DNA of 64,000 nt from Waterburya sp. (GCA_965217895.1 CBDCJV010000002.1:3936001-4000000), one strand, 5' to 3'. Numbered from the stretch's first letter, positions 1-9,630 are shown. Numbers and translations are program-made. Notes: a model not told the origin generated them from the letters alone.

Positions 1-537
1 GCCAAGATTTTTCTGAGCCGTAAAAGTGAAGAATATGGCACTCAGCCTAAAAATGTCAAAGATAAAGGCGTTGTTTATTATTTCCCTACTGCTAGTGCTT
101 TAGGCAGTATTTTTGACGATAGCGAACCAGATCAGGCGATAAACTCTTATCAATTGGCAGCTAAAGAATCTAACAAATTATCTGTAAGAGGTATTGCTCA
201 ATTAGCAAAACAGGAGCAAAATTCAGGAACTAAAAACAGAGATGATTCTCAAGAATCATCTGCCGTTGCTCAACTGGCTGAACCAGAGACTTCAACTGCA
301 ATAGATACTGAATCTGAAGTCGAAGATTTAACAGATAATCAACTGACTTCTATTGATGCTGGACAATCATTAATTCAAGCCGAATTGGCAAAACGGCTCG
401 ATCTTAATTCCAGTACCGTTGGCAGACGAAAATCTGAGCCTGATTTTGAAGAGTGGAGTCAAAGCAAAGATCCAGAAGGAGTAGCCTGGAAATATGAACC
501 AGAAACCAAGCTCTATGTAGCAGTCGTTTCAAACTAA
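1..537 (+). CDS. Hypothetical protein, 5'-truncated by window edge; possible C-terminal HTH-like segment
   Basis: Frame of ORF 154..537 is open back to base 1 (AKIFLSRKSEEYG...VVYYFPTASALGSIFDDSE). C-terminal LIQAELAKRLDLNSSTVGRRK...SKDPEGVAWKY resembles a conserved cyanobacterial motif. Confidence 0.7.
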   Translation, partial: AKIFLSRKSEEYGTQPKNVKDKGVVYYFPTASALGSIFDDSEPDQAINSYQLAAKESNKLSVRGIAQLAKQEQNSGTKNRDDSQESSAVAQLAEPETSTAIDTESEVEDLTDNQLTSIDAGQSLIQAELAKRLDLNSSTVGRRKSEPDFEEWSQSKDPEGVAWKYEPETKLYVAVVSN

Positions 538-664
538 CTGCTATTGTTTGGGCGTTGGATTATTCTAAGTTTTATTTCGTTCAGATATTGCTGAATTGAT
601 TTGAACAAAAATATCAAGCAATAGGCTTCGGCAGAAATTAAAACTTTAAACTCTTGAATAGTTA

Positions 665-825
665 GAGATTATCTCGATTGGCGAAACTCCGTTGTTCTAG
701 GGTGGAGTCTGCTTGATCAACGGTTAAAGCAAACTCGCCCTCAAGGGAGAGATGCTTGAGGAACAAGGATTAGTTTGACCTTGTTTTCAACCAGGAGACT
801 TTCCACGAATTTTGGACGCATTATC
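665..825 (+). ncRNA. ssrS: Probable 6S RNA (cyanobacterial 6Sa/ssaA type); ends approximate
   Basis: Non-coding rod. tggcgaaactccgttg (679) pairs with caaccaggagactttcca (~788-805) and agggt pairs with acctt. There is an A-rich central bubble and a terminal cctcaag/cttgagg hairpin, which is 6S architecture. Confidence 0.7.
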
Positions 826-848
826 AGGTTTGATTAAAAGAATAATTT

Positions 849-2489
849 TTACTTCTTACTAATTGACTCTGGAGACTCATCCCGCCAGAAAACGATGGTG
901 TCATCTAGTGGCTTAATTTCAGTCTGGGGATAATAGAAAGCCAAAATCCGCTCTGCTGACCAACCCAGATTTGCTAAGTTATAGGAACCATATTGACTCA
1001 TGCCGACACCGTGACCAAAGCCACCACCAATAAAGTCATAAGCCTGTAGCTGCTTCTGTTTATTATAAATTGGCTGAAGATAGAAGAAAGTACTGCGGGG
1101 GGGTTCTAAGGCACTGCGAATTTCGTTTTTGTGTAGCTGTAGTTTTCCCTTGTCGGTTTCGATAGCCAAAGTTAACATTCTGCCAGAGCGCGATCGCTCT
1201 TGAACCTCCATTGACTTAATCGTCTTAAAATTAGCTAAGAGATGGTGAGTTTTTTTTAAGTATTCACGCAGATCTTGATTTAAGTCGGCAATGCTTCTGG
1301 TTTTATGCCAGCGGAATACGCCTTTTCTGCCTGTTTCATTAAATCCCTCAGTCATTTTAAGAAAATGCTGAAAGGTTCTTTCATCATTCAAAGGATACTT
1401 TACTAGATCCCAAAGGGGACGAGGGGAATCAATTACAGGCTGAAGATAGGGACGCTCTGCACCATTCCAGGTGTCTGCAAAACTAGCTGTCACCCCGCCA
1501 GTGGTGGAAGAATAAAGAGCATCAATTAATTCATTGTTATAGGTAAGAACTAAGCCTGCGGTTTGAGCGATCGCTTTGTCACTAATAGGATTAGTATCAT
1601 TCAAGCCTTTATATACCTGACAGTGGACGGTGGCGCAAAGTTGGTAATTATCTACCTTAAAACGTCGTAAATTACGTAAGGCATAGGTGCGGGCAATAAT
1701 TGTTTGAGCCGCAACCGCCTGAGCAGGGGCATTTGCGCCAATTTCATAGGGGACAACTCCCCGCAGATAAGTTTCTAGGGGAACACGATTAACTAAGCTA
1801 AACTCACCATAAGCATTAGGTTGCAGCTTGAGACTGCCTCCATAGGTACGAACAGCACTAGAACTATCGGTAGTGTTAACCTCAACTAAATTTTTGGTGC
1901 TGGTAATTTCTACTTCATCTTGGTTGTATTCTTTTTCACCAATTTTTAAGATAATATCGGGCTTTTTATCTAAGACTTCCGTATCAAGATAGGGACTGTC
2001 GTAACCATTGGCTTCTAGACTATGAAGCAGCCAGCGACGAACCAAAGGAGTACTGTAAACATCTCGTTTTGCCCAGACTTGCCAGCGTCCAGGTTGAGCC
2101 ACCTCTACCTCAATACCTAGCTTTTTCCAAGATTTGGCACTATCTTCGGCAGTTTCAAAGGTTGAGCGATCGCTCAAGATCAGCTTTTCTTCGAGTTTAG
2201 GTTTAGTCAGAGGAGTATAATCTACCTTTAAGACAACTTCTTTCGTTTCAATCGGCGAAGTAGATGCTTGACCAGGAAAACTAACTTTTAATAAATCGCC
2301 AGGAGTACTATCGATCTTAACTTGCTTGATCGACGGATCTCCATCAATCATCGGTTTGGCACCCAGACGCTGAATAATTCCAATTTCGAGATCGATCTTT
2401 TGAGCCTTAGCTTCAGCAGCAATTGTAGACTTTATTCCCCATAGGCTTGATATCCAAAAAACGCTTAAAAATACTGTAGCTTTGATCAT
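849..2489 (-). CDS. SpoIID/LytB domain protein (lytic transglycosylase/amidase enhancer)
   Basis: VNRVPLETYLRGVVPYE, AQTIIARTYA, CATVHCQVY and GFGHGVGMSQYG motifs. Signal peptide from M21 (MIKATVFL), taken as the start. Confidence 0.9.
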   Translation of the reverse strand: MIKATVFLSVFWISSLWGIKSTIAAEAKAQKIDLEIGIIQRLGAKPMIDGDPSIKQVKIDSTPGDLLKVSFPGQASTSPIETKEVVLKVDYTPLTKPKLEEKLILSDRSTFETAEDSAKSWKKLGIEVEVAQPGRWQVWAKRDVYSTPLVRRWLLHSLEANGYDSPYLDTEVLDKKPDIILKIGEKEYNQDEVEITSTKNLVEVNTTDSSSAVRTYGGSLKLQPNAYGEFSLVNRVPLETYLRGVVPYEIGANAPAQAVAAQTIIARTYALRNLRRFKVDNYQLCATVHCQVYKGLNDTNPISDKAIAQTAGLVLTYNNELIDALYSSTTGGVTASFADTWNGAERPYLQPVIDSPRPLWDLVKYPLNDERTFQHFLKMTEGFNETGRKGVFRWHKTRSIADLNQDLREYLKKTHHLLANFKTIKSMEVQERSRSGRMLTLAIETDKGKLQLHKNEIRSALEPPRSTFFYLQPIYNKQKQLQAYDFIGGGFGHGVGMSQYGSYNLANLGWSAERILAFYYPQTEIKPLDDTIVFWRDESPESISKK

Positions 2490-2571
2490 TTCCAACCCTG
2501 CTTGTTTTCTATAGATACAGCAAAAAAATCTTGTAAGCAAGGCGGGCAAACTAGAAACTAAATTTCACAAT

Positions 2572-2828
2572 TAGGACTTACGCAGTTTAACGAGTTTTGC
2601 CCCCCTAGCCCCCCAAATCTGGGGGAACAAGAATTAAAAGTCCCCCTCTCGCGCATTCCCTTGCTAGGTCAGCATTCCCTTGCGCCTTCGGACGACGCGG
2701 GGTCTGACCTCTGACGGCGACGCGGTGAGACAGTTGCGTTGCGGGGGTTTCCCCCGTTGAGCAAACTGTTGAACCCTTTAGGGGGTCGCTCGCCTTGGGG
2801 GATTTAGGGGGCAAGTGCGTAAGTCCTA
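2572..2828. mobile_element. MITE-like element with 13-bp TIRs carrying nested short repeats
   Basis: taggacttacgca (2572-2584) and tgcgtaagtccta (2816-2828) are perfect inverted repeats around a GC-rich palindromic interior. Confidence 0.8.
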
Positions 2829-2899
2829 ACAATATTTTAGAAGTCTAAATTTGCCCACCCTACATTTTCTTGCTTGCTCCTCATCCCTTATCCCTTTAC

Positions 2900-5800
2900 T
2901 TAGTCTTCGTCCTCACTTTCGATTAACATTTCCCCATCCATCATTCTTTTAGCTGCTTTTAATAGATCATCTTCTACGTAAGGTTTGACAAAGTAGCCAT
3001 TTGCCCCGCGAGACGCGGCTATGTTACGCATTTTTTTCGCACCACGAGAAGTTAACATAGCGATCGGTAGAGAGGCTAGTTTTTCGTCTTGTTGCAGTTG
3101 AGATAGCAGTTCTAAACCATTCATGCGAGGCATTTCAATATCACAAAAAGCAATGTCACACTCTAAACCATCACTTAGTTTTTCCCAAGCTTCTTGGCCA
3201 TCTCGTGCTTGTTCGACACGATAACCAGCTTTTTTAAAAGTCATGGATAATAGCTCTCGTACCGTTACCGAGTCATCAATAATTAAAACTAAAGGTGCGT
3301 TCTCAAATTCTGCTTCTGACTGATTCTTTTTAACTCGATTAAAGTTAACCGTAACGGATTCAGCTTCTTTATTTGCCCGATTGATGTCAATCAAATGTTG
3401 CGCCACATCCATCAGATCTTTTTCGGTGTAGGGCTTAGTTAAATAAGCTTTTGCACCCAAATCATTAGCTATTTGTCGATGTTTGTCAGCACCACGAGAA
3501 GTTAGCATAGCAACGGGAATAGATCTCAGGGATTCATCCTTATGAAGATTAGACAGCAGTTCTAAACCATTCATGCGAGGCATTTCAATATCGCTAAAGA
3601 TCATGTCGCAAACTAAACCACCCCGCAGCTTATCCCAAGCTTCTTGACCGTCTCTAGCTTGCTCAACCCGATAGCCCAGCTTATTAAAACTCATGGATAA
3701 TAGCTCTCGAACTGTAATCGAGTCATCTACTACTAAGACCATTGGCTCTTGCTGTATAATTTCAGCCTGAGACTGCTTTCTGGCAGCTTCACTAGCTAGA
3801 ACATCAAAGCCAATTTCAATAGTTCTTTTACCTTGAGCAATTTCAATTAGCTCTAGTACGTCCCCAATCGGCATGATTGTACCATCACCCAAAACTGTAG
3901 CTCCTGCTATACCTGGTGGTTTGGGAATTGCGCCATCAATTTGTTTAATTACGATTTCTTGTTCAGCTTTAACTTCATCTACTTCTACCGCTAATAGGTT
4001 ATCTATACTGCGCAGAATGATTACAGAAATAGTATCATCGTTGTTTTGATTTGCATTATATATTCCAGCCCGACGAATTTTGCGATTGTAATTAAGTAGA
4101 GTCTTAAGCGGTCTTAGCGGTAATAAAGTGTTTTTCCAGGTAATACAGCGCACGCCGTTAGCATTGGTTTGAATATCGCTGGGCAAATATTCTTTAGTGT
4201 CTTCTACTCCGTCAATGGGAAAAGCAATTTTTGTACTATCGTCTACACAGGTCAGGGCTTTGCAGATACTTAAAACAAGGGGTAAGCGAATTGTAAAAGT
4301 TGTACCTTTGCCAACTTCTGATTCAGTGCTTACTGAGCCACGAATTTTTTTGAGGTCGGTATTAACTACATCCATGCCTACGCCACGACCAGCAAAGTCA
4401 TCAGCCCGATCTTTAGTACTAAAGCCTGGATGGAATAGCAGTTCATAAACCTGTTGTTCTGTTAAATTTTGTGCTGTCGCCCAGGTAATTAAATTTTTTT
4501 CAACCGCTTTTTGCTTGACAATTCCAGGGTCAATTCCCGCCCCATCATCGCGAACGCTAATTACTGTCTGATTACCTTGAATAAAGGCACGAATATTAAT
4601 ATTTCCTACTTCTGGTTTACCTTTTTTCAGTCTTTCTTCTGGCTTTTCAATTCCATGAGAAATAGCATTATTTACCAAGTGAGTCATTGGATTGTAAAGA
4701 TGCTCGACGATCATTTTATCAATCAGTACATCTTTGCCTTCTACATGAAGTTGGGTTTGTTTTTTTTGCTTACGGGAAATATCTCTGATTGCTCTAGGTA
4801 GTCGATCGGCCGTTTGCCCAAAAGCAACCATGCGCGAGGAGTTCATGCCGTCTTGCAACTGGCTGGTTACCTGACGGAAAGTTTGAGCAACCTTGTCCGT
4901 TTCGTCTACCACAAACTGAATATCTGATGCGGCTTCTCTAACTCGGACAATTAGTTCAATAATGTCTTGGGAAACTAAATGGAAGCCGTTAAAGCGATCC
5001 ATCTCTAGCGCGTCTAAACCTTCTGCTTGAGCTTCTCTGGTACTACCAAAACTAGAGCCACCAGCAGCCACCGCTGAGTTGGCACGGGATTGACGACTAG
5101 CGATTAATGCTCCTTCTAAAAGCGATCGCTCGTACATATCGTGCATTTTGGCTCCAGCTTCCCCTAGAGACTGTACATGACCTAGTAGGTTATCTAAAAA
5201 ACGACGTAATCTTTCTTGATCATCCTCCAAACGATTACGTTTAACTACTAGTTCTCCAATTAAGTTATTGAGGTCATCGAGTTTCTTTACCGAAACCCTC
5301 ATTGTTTGGTCAAAACTTTGGGATTTATTGACTGGAGAAAGATCGGCTGTTCTGTTACTTGCTTTAACAGTTGCTGGTGCAGGACTAACCTTTGGTTGTT
5401 CAAAAGCGACAGGCATAATCTCTGGTAAAGCATCTTCATCGCCAAGCAAAGAGTCTAAGGATGATAATTCTAAATCAGAATCCAAGGAATTTTCTATGGC
5501 TTCTAAATCAGATGTGGATTCTAGCACCAAAGAATCTAAAGACTCTATTTCTGTATCCAAGTCTAATATGCCGTCAAGATCGCTATCTAGATTATTTAAT
5601 CCTTCTGCCGTCAGCGAATCAAGCTCACCTAAACCTTCAAAACCATCAAGCTGAAGACCATCAAGCTGTAAATCTTCAGCATTATCTAAGTCTAAAGCTG
5701 AGTCATCTAAATTATCTAGATCGATCTCTTCTAAATTATTTTCCTGAGCATATTTGGCCGTCAATGATTCAAACTCGCCCAAATCATCAAGCTGAATGTC

Positions 5801-6292
5801 TTCAGAATTTTCTAAATTTAATGGTGCTTCTGTCAAAGACTCTAAGTCATCAAGTTCTAAATCTGCCGAACTATCTATATCAGTTTCTTCAACAATATTT
5901 TCTTGAAGGTCTGCTTTAACTAGGTCTATTTGTTCAGATTGTTCAGAATCACTTATAAATTCATCTACTTCTGGAGTTAGTTTTTGCTCAAGGGAATCAT
6001 CTAAAATCAAATTCGGCTCTGATATATTGTCATCCTGAGCCAATAGTGGATCGCGAAAATCCCAATTGTCAAAATCAGCATCTGACAAAACTTTCTTTTT
6101 GGTTTGACCAGAATGTTCTAGAGCGTTCTCTACTATTGAAGATTCTTCAGAATCTAAAGTTTCGGCAGATATAAATTCTGTTACTATCTCAGAATCCCCG
6201 TCCTCTGTCCATAAATCTGCTGAACTCTCAGAAGCTTTTGAAGGTTCATTTAGATTGTCATTTGCTTCTAAAGGCTTGTCTTGACTGCTCAT
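2900..6292 (-). CDS. CheA-like hybrid kinase lacking Hpt (PilL-C type): acidic linker, dimerisation, HATPase, CheW, two receiver domains
   Basis: MRVSVKKLDDLNNLIGELVV, HLVNNAISHG, DDGAGID, GRGVGMDVV and GKGTTFTIRLP motifs. Two REC domains (VVDDS...DIEMP; IIDDS...DIEMP). Confidence 0.9.
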   Translation of the reverse strand: MSSQDKPLEANDNLNEPSKASESSADLWTEDGDSEIVTEFISAETLDSEESSIVENALEHSGQTKKKVLSDADFDNWDFRDPLLAQDDNISEPNLILDDSLEQKLTPEVDEFISDSEQSEQIDLVKADLQENIVEETDIDSSADLELDDLESLTEAPLNLENSEDIQLDDLGEFESLTAKYAQENNLEEIDLDNLDDSALDLDNAEDLQLDGLQLDGFEGLGELDSLTAEGLNNLDSDLDGILDLDTEIESLDSLVLESTSDLEAIENSLDSDLELSSLDSLLGDEDALPEIMPVAFEQPKVSPAPATVKASNRTADLSPVNKSQSFDQTMRVSVKKLDDLNNLIGELVVKRNRLEDDQERLRRFLDNLLGHVQSLGEAGAKMHDMYERSLLEGALIASRQSRANSAVAAGGSSFGSTREAQAEGLDALEMDRFNGFHLVSQDIIELIVRVREAASDIQFVVDETDKVAQTFRQVTSQLQDGMNSSRMVAFGQTADRLPRAIRDISRKQKKQTQLHVEGKDVLIDKMIVEHLYNPMTHLVNNAISHGIEKPEERLKKGKPEVGNINIRAFIQGNQTVISVRDDGAGIDPGIVKQKAVEKNLITWATAQNLTEQQVYELLFHPGFSTKDRADDFAGRGVGMDVVNTDLKKIRGSVSTESEVGKGTTFTIRLPLVLSICKALTCVDDSTKIAFPIDGVEDTKEYLPSDIQTNANGVRCITWKNTLLPLRPLKTLLNYNRKIRRAGIYNANQNNDDTISVIILRSIDNLLAVEVDEVKAEQEIVIKQIDGAIPKPPGIAGATVLGDGTIMPIGDVLELIEIAQGKRTIEIGFDVLASEAARKQSQAEIIQQEPMVLVVDDSITVRELLSMSFNKLGYRVEQARDGQEAWDKLRGGLVCDMIFSDIEMPRMNGLELLSNLHKDESLRSIPVAMLTSRGADKHRQIANDLGAKAYLTKPYTEKDLMDVAQHLIDINRANKEAESVTVNFNRVKKNQSEAEFENAPLVLIIDDSVTVRELLSMTFKKAGYRVEQARDGQEAWEKLSDGLECDIAFCDIEMPRMNGLELLSQLQQDEKLASLPIAMLTSRGAKKMRNIAASRGANGYFVKPYVEDDLLKAAKRMMDGEMLIESEDED

Positions 6293-6716
6293 AATAGTTA
6301 TTTTTGACTGAATATTGCTTTACTGCTGAACTTGGAAAAAAGAAAGGTAAATTTTAGATTGCCTTTGGGAGATTTTTCGAGATAATTCGCCTAAAGTCTG
6401 GGATTTTGAGAAGATGAATTATATGTAAAATGTGTAATAGCATTGTGTACTGTATTAAAAAACATCTTGAGATATTGAGTCAAAATTTGTTTTAATTTCA
6501 ATCTAAAAGCTGTGTAAAAAATAAATATACTTACTTGAATTATAAGGTTGGCTGCATAATTTTAGTTTGCCCAAAAATAGAGTATCAAATTAAGTTTGAC
6601 TAAAAAAAATACTGAGGTCTTTAATAATAAGAGTATATTGTAATTTTTTACTTTAGGCACTCATCATTTTTAGTCATTGTAAAAAAACATTTAACTATCC
6701 AACTTAGCCTTGTACA

Positions 6717-7571
6717 ATGACTGAGCCTACTGCAACTCTACTAATATCTTGTCCTGATAGCCCTGGATTGGTTGCCAAGATTGCCAGCTTTATTTATGCT
6801 AACGGGGGTAATATAATTCATGCCGATCAGCATACAGATTTCGCTACAAGTTTATTCCTGATTCGTCTAGAATGGCAACTTGAGGGCTTTAATTTGTCCC
6901 GTGAAGCAATAGCTACAGCTTTTGAGACGATCGCCAAACCTTTGAATGCCACCTGGCAACTACATTTTTCTGACACTTTACCCAAGATTGCGCTGTGGGT
7001 AAGCAAACAAGATCATTGTCTTCTAGATCTGCTTTGGCGTAATCAACCCAAAGAATTACCAGGAACTGTTGCTTTAATTATTAGTAATCATCCTAATTTA
7101 AAAGCGATCGCCCAGCAGTTTGGCATCGATTTTCATTATTTACCGATTACCAAAGAAAATAAAGCCGAGCAAGAAGAAAAACAGCTAGAGCTTTTACACC
7201 AACACGAGATAGACTTAGTAGTCTTGGCTAAATATATGCAGATTGTTAGCCCTAATTTAATCACTCAATTTCCGAATATTATTAATATTCATCATTCCTT
7301 TTTACCAGCTTTTCCTGGAGCAAAACCCTATCATCGCGCCCATGCTAGGGGAGTTAAAATTATTGGTGCTACGGCTCATTACGTAACCAAAGATTTGGAT
7401 GAAGGACCAATTATTGAGCAAGAGGTTGCCAGAGTAAATCATCAAGACAATATTGCCGAGTTAATTCGCAAAGGGAAAGATTTGGAACGGTTAGTATTGT
7501 CTCGTGCTGTCAGATTACATCTGCAAAATAGAGTTTTAGTCTACGATAACAAAACCGTAGTGTTTAGCTAA
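6717..7571 (+). CDS. purU: Formyltetrahydrofolate deformylase
   Basis: N-terminal ACT domain (CPDSPGLVA); INIHHSFLPAF, GVKIIGATAHYV and LDEGPIIEQ motifs. Confidence 0.97.
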   Translation: MTEPTATLLISCPDSPGLVAKIASFIYANGGNIIHADQHTDFATSLFLIRLEWQLEGFNLSREAIATAFETIAKPLNATWQLHFSDTLPKIALWVSKQDHCLLDLLWRNQPKELPGTVALIISNHPNLKAIAQQFGIDFHYLPITKENKAEQEEKQLELLHQHEIDLVVLAKYMQIVSPNLITQFPNIINIHHSFLPAFPGAKPYHRAHARGVKIIGATAHYVTKDLDEGPIIEQEVARVNHQDNIAELIRKGKDLERLVLSRAVRLHLQNRVLVYDNKTVVFS

Positions 7572-7619
7572 AATTCAATCAGGTGCAGCGTTTTTAAGCT
7601 AGCAATTTTAGTATTTAAA

Positions 7620-8048
7620 ATGGAAGAATTAATTGAGTTAAGGAAAAGTATTACATCAGGAGATTACAGTAAAGCTTTAGAAATCGTTGATGAATTAGAA
7701 GAGATGTCCATAGAAGACAAGCTCAATAAAATATATAGCTATACGGTTATCTTATTGCTGCATTTAATTAAACAAGAAGCTGAAGGAAAGACTACTAGGT
7801 CATGGGACAATTCTATCCTCAACTCAGTAGAGCAGATTAACAGGGTCAATAAAAGGCGCAAATCAGGAGGCTACTATGCCCAAGCTGATGTTTTACAAGA
7901 AATTATTGATGAGGCTTTAACTCGTGCTTTAAGAGATGCTGCTTTAGAATCCTTTGGTGGTGCTTACCAAGAAGAAGAACTATTAAAAATGATTAGTCTA
8001 TCTGACATTAAACAAAAGGCATTAAATTTATTAGAATCCGAAACTTAA
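7620..8048 (+). CDS. DUF29-family protein
   Basis: ILLLHLIKQ...TRSWDNSI pattern typical of cyanobacterial DUF29. Confidence 0.8.
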   Translation: MEELIELRKSITSGDYSKALEIVDELEEMSIEDKLNKIYSYTVILLLHLIKQEAEGKTTRSWDNSILNSVEQINRVNKRRKSGGYYAQADVLQEIIDEALTRALRDAALESFGGAYQEEELLKMISLSDIKQKALNLLESET

Positions 8049-8054
8049 AATTAT

Positions 8055-8993
8055 TTATTCTTTAACTAAACGAAAACCAAACAAAATATGGCGAGAGTTA
8101 ATTGGGCGAGTGTGTTCGTAGGCAGCGCGACAAAAACCAGGTAAATCGTCCCAACCGCAACCTTTCATAACAATGCGAGTACCATCATATTTTAACGAAC
8201 TGGTATATTCAAAGACATTTCCCGCCATATCCTCTACGCCATAAACGCTTTTACTTAGAGGAAACTTACCGATTTTACTAGTATAATTCAATCCGCTAGC
8301 TGCTGAATTAGTTGCATTATCTCGCCAATCATTACCCCAGGGAAAATATTGTCCCCCTTCTCCTCTAGCTGCTTTTTCCCATTCTTCATCCGTGGGTAAG
8401 CGGTAAGCTGCATCTGTTGTTTTTCCTTTCCAGTCGGCATAAGCTAGGGCATCTTTAGAGGAAATTAATACTACCGGATGTTGAGCAGTATTTTTGGGAT
8501 ATGTATTATTAGTCCAGAGAAATTCTTTTACTTTGGAGTAAGGGTGAACTAAAAACCCTTGTTTTTGATAATCAGCTTTGCTAATTCCAGGGACTCGATA
8601 ATTGGTAGCTTGAATAAATTCTTGGTATTCTTGGTTAGTAACTAAATTGCGACTAATACAAAAATCTGGAAGTGATGAGATTTGGCGATCGCTTTCACCA
8701 TCAAACCAACCTGTTTTACGTAGTTTCTGTTCTGCTTGCCTAATTTCTGCCTCTGTATCAGCAATTGACTCAGCCGAAATACGATAGGCATAATCTCGTT
8801 CTTGGCGATCGCTACCTAAAACAAAGTCTTCAGCAGCCACAAAAGCAAAAGATTTATCTGATGTGCATTCTTCAGGGGTTATAGCTGCTAACGATCTGGC
8901 TGATTGAAAAACGTTACAGCCGATAATTGCGATCGCTATTATGAATAAAAATATTATTTGTATGGACAACTTATTAAAATTTTTTGTAGGCAT
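8055..8993 (-). CDS. Exported formylglycine-generating enzyme (SUMF1/FGE-sulfatase) fold protein, possible lipoprotein
   Basis: VTNQEYQEF, HPVVLIS, YRLPTDEEWEKAARG, FPWGN, DMAGNVFEY and GFRL motifs. N-terminal hydrophobic stretch ends in IIGC. Start taken at M11 because the longer start overlaps a terminator-like hairpin. Confidence 0.88.
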   Translation of the reverse strand: MPTKNFNKLSIQIIFLFIIAIAIIGCNVFQSARSLAAITPEECTSDKSFAFVAAEDFVLGSDRQERDYAYRISAESIADTEAEIRQAEQKLRKTGWFDGESDRQISSLPDFCISRNLVTNQEYQEFIQATNYRVPGISKADYQKQGFLVHPYSKVKEFLWTNNTYPKNTAQHPVVLISSKDALAYADWKGKTTDAAYRLPTDEEWEKAARGEGGQYFPWGNDWRDNATNSAASGLNYTSKIGKFPLSKSVYGVEDMAGNVFEYTSSLKYDGTRIVMKGCGWDDLPGFCRAAYEHTRPINSRHILFGFRLVKE

Positions 8994-9003
8994 TATATTT
9001 TGT

Positions 9004-9040
9004 AAAAAAAATAAGGCAGCCATAAATAATTATGATTGCC
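9004..9040 (-). terminator. Probable intrinsic terminator/attenuator between NPC peptide gene and FGE-fold gene
   Basis: On the minus strand GGCAATCATA...TATGGCTGCC forms a stem (one mismatch, one G-U) followed by TTATTTTTTTT. Confidence 0.6.
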
Positions 9041-9105
9041 CAGTAACTGTGGGAGAAATCGAGATTCTATGTCATGAAGACAACTATAAATAATGTTATA
9101 TATAC

Positions 9106-9405
9106 TTATTTGCCAGCACAAGGGTTAGCTGAGGCACAGGGATTTTTCTTCCCAGCACAGGGGTTAGCCGAAGCACATGGATTAGCTGCTGCACAAGGGT
9201 TTTTCTCTCCCGCACAAGGATTAGCTGCTGCACAGGGGTTTTTCTCTCCCGCACAAGGATTAGCTGCTGCACAGGGATTACCAGCAACAACACTAAATGA
9301 ATTACTATTATCTGAAGCAGCAATAGCACTATTAGAGAAAAAAGCCGTTCCACCGATAGTTAAAATGGAAGCGGTAGCAATGGTGGCAATATACTTAAGT
9401 TTCAT
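9106..9405 (-). CDS. Secreted low-complexity Cys-rich peptide with nine NPC repeats (99 aa)
   Basis: Sec-type signal MKLKYIATIATASILTIGG...SAIA, then NPCAAA/NPCAGEK/NPCASA/NPCAGKK units. Synonymous third-position variation between repeats supports this frame. Confidence 0.85.
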   Translation of the reverse strand: MKLKYIATIATASILTIGGTAFFSNSAIAASDNSNSFSVVAGNPCAAANPCAGEKNPCAAANPCAGEKNPCAAANPCASANPCAGKKNPCASANPCAGK

Positions 9406-9630
9406 AATTTTGATTGAATTGAAAGAGTGGTTTTGATGGACACCAAATATCAAACTCAACAAAACTGAAATTTGCCTGAGATATTCATTTGTATTAACTA
9501 AGAATTGTCGAATACCCTCTCAGAAAAAAATAATTTGAATTATAGTAATTTCAGTTTTAATAAAGTGAAAGTGAAATACCTTAGCAATCTGTAATTTATT
9601 TACTACTAAGCATTTATCCTTTAAAAAATT

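Noticed and set aside
2605..2832. 75-aa ORF
   Set aside because: Lies wholly within the MITE/nested repeats.
4197..5919. Several plus-strand ORFs
   Set aside because: Antisense shadows of the CheA-like gene with no recognisable motifs.
9110..9282. Tandem DNA repeats as a possible CRISPR array
   Set aside because: Units are 18/21 bp, codon-phased and have no unique spacers; there are no cas genes.
9074..9436. Plus-strand ORF with AQGLAAAQGFF repeats, and alternative minus-strand ORF 9096..9353
   Set aside because: These are shadows of the NPC peptide. Only the NPC frame has a signal peptide and a paralogous N-terminus at 61997.
9406..9530. Shared promoter motif between NPC gene and YHS gene (aattttga, tttgatg, aattgtc)
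   Set aside because: Matches are short, AT-rich and differently spaced, so they cannot be distinguished from chance by eye.
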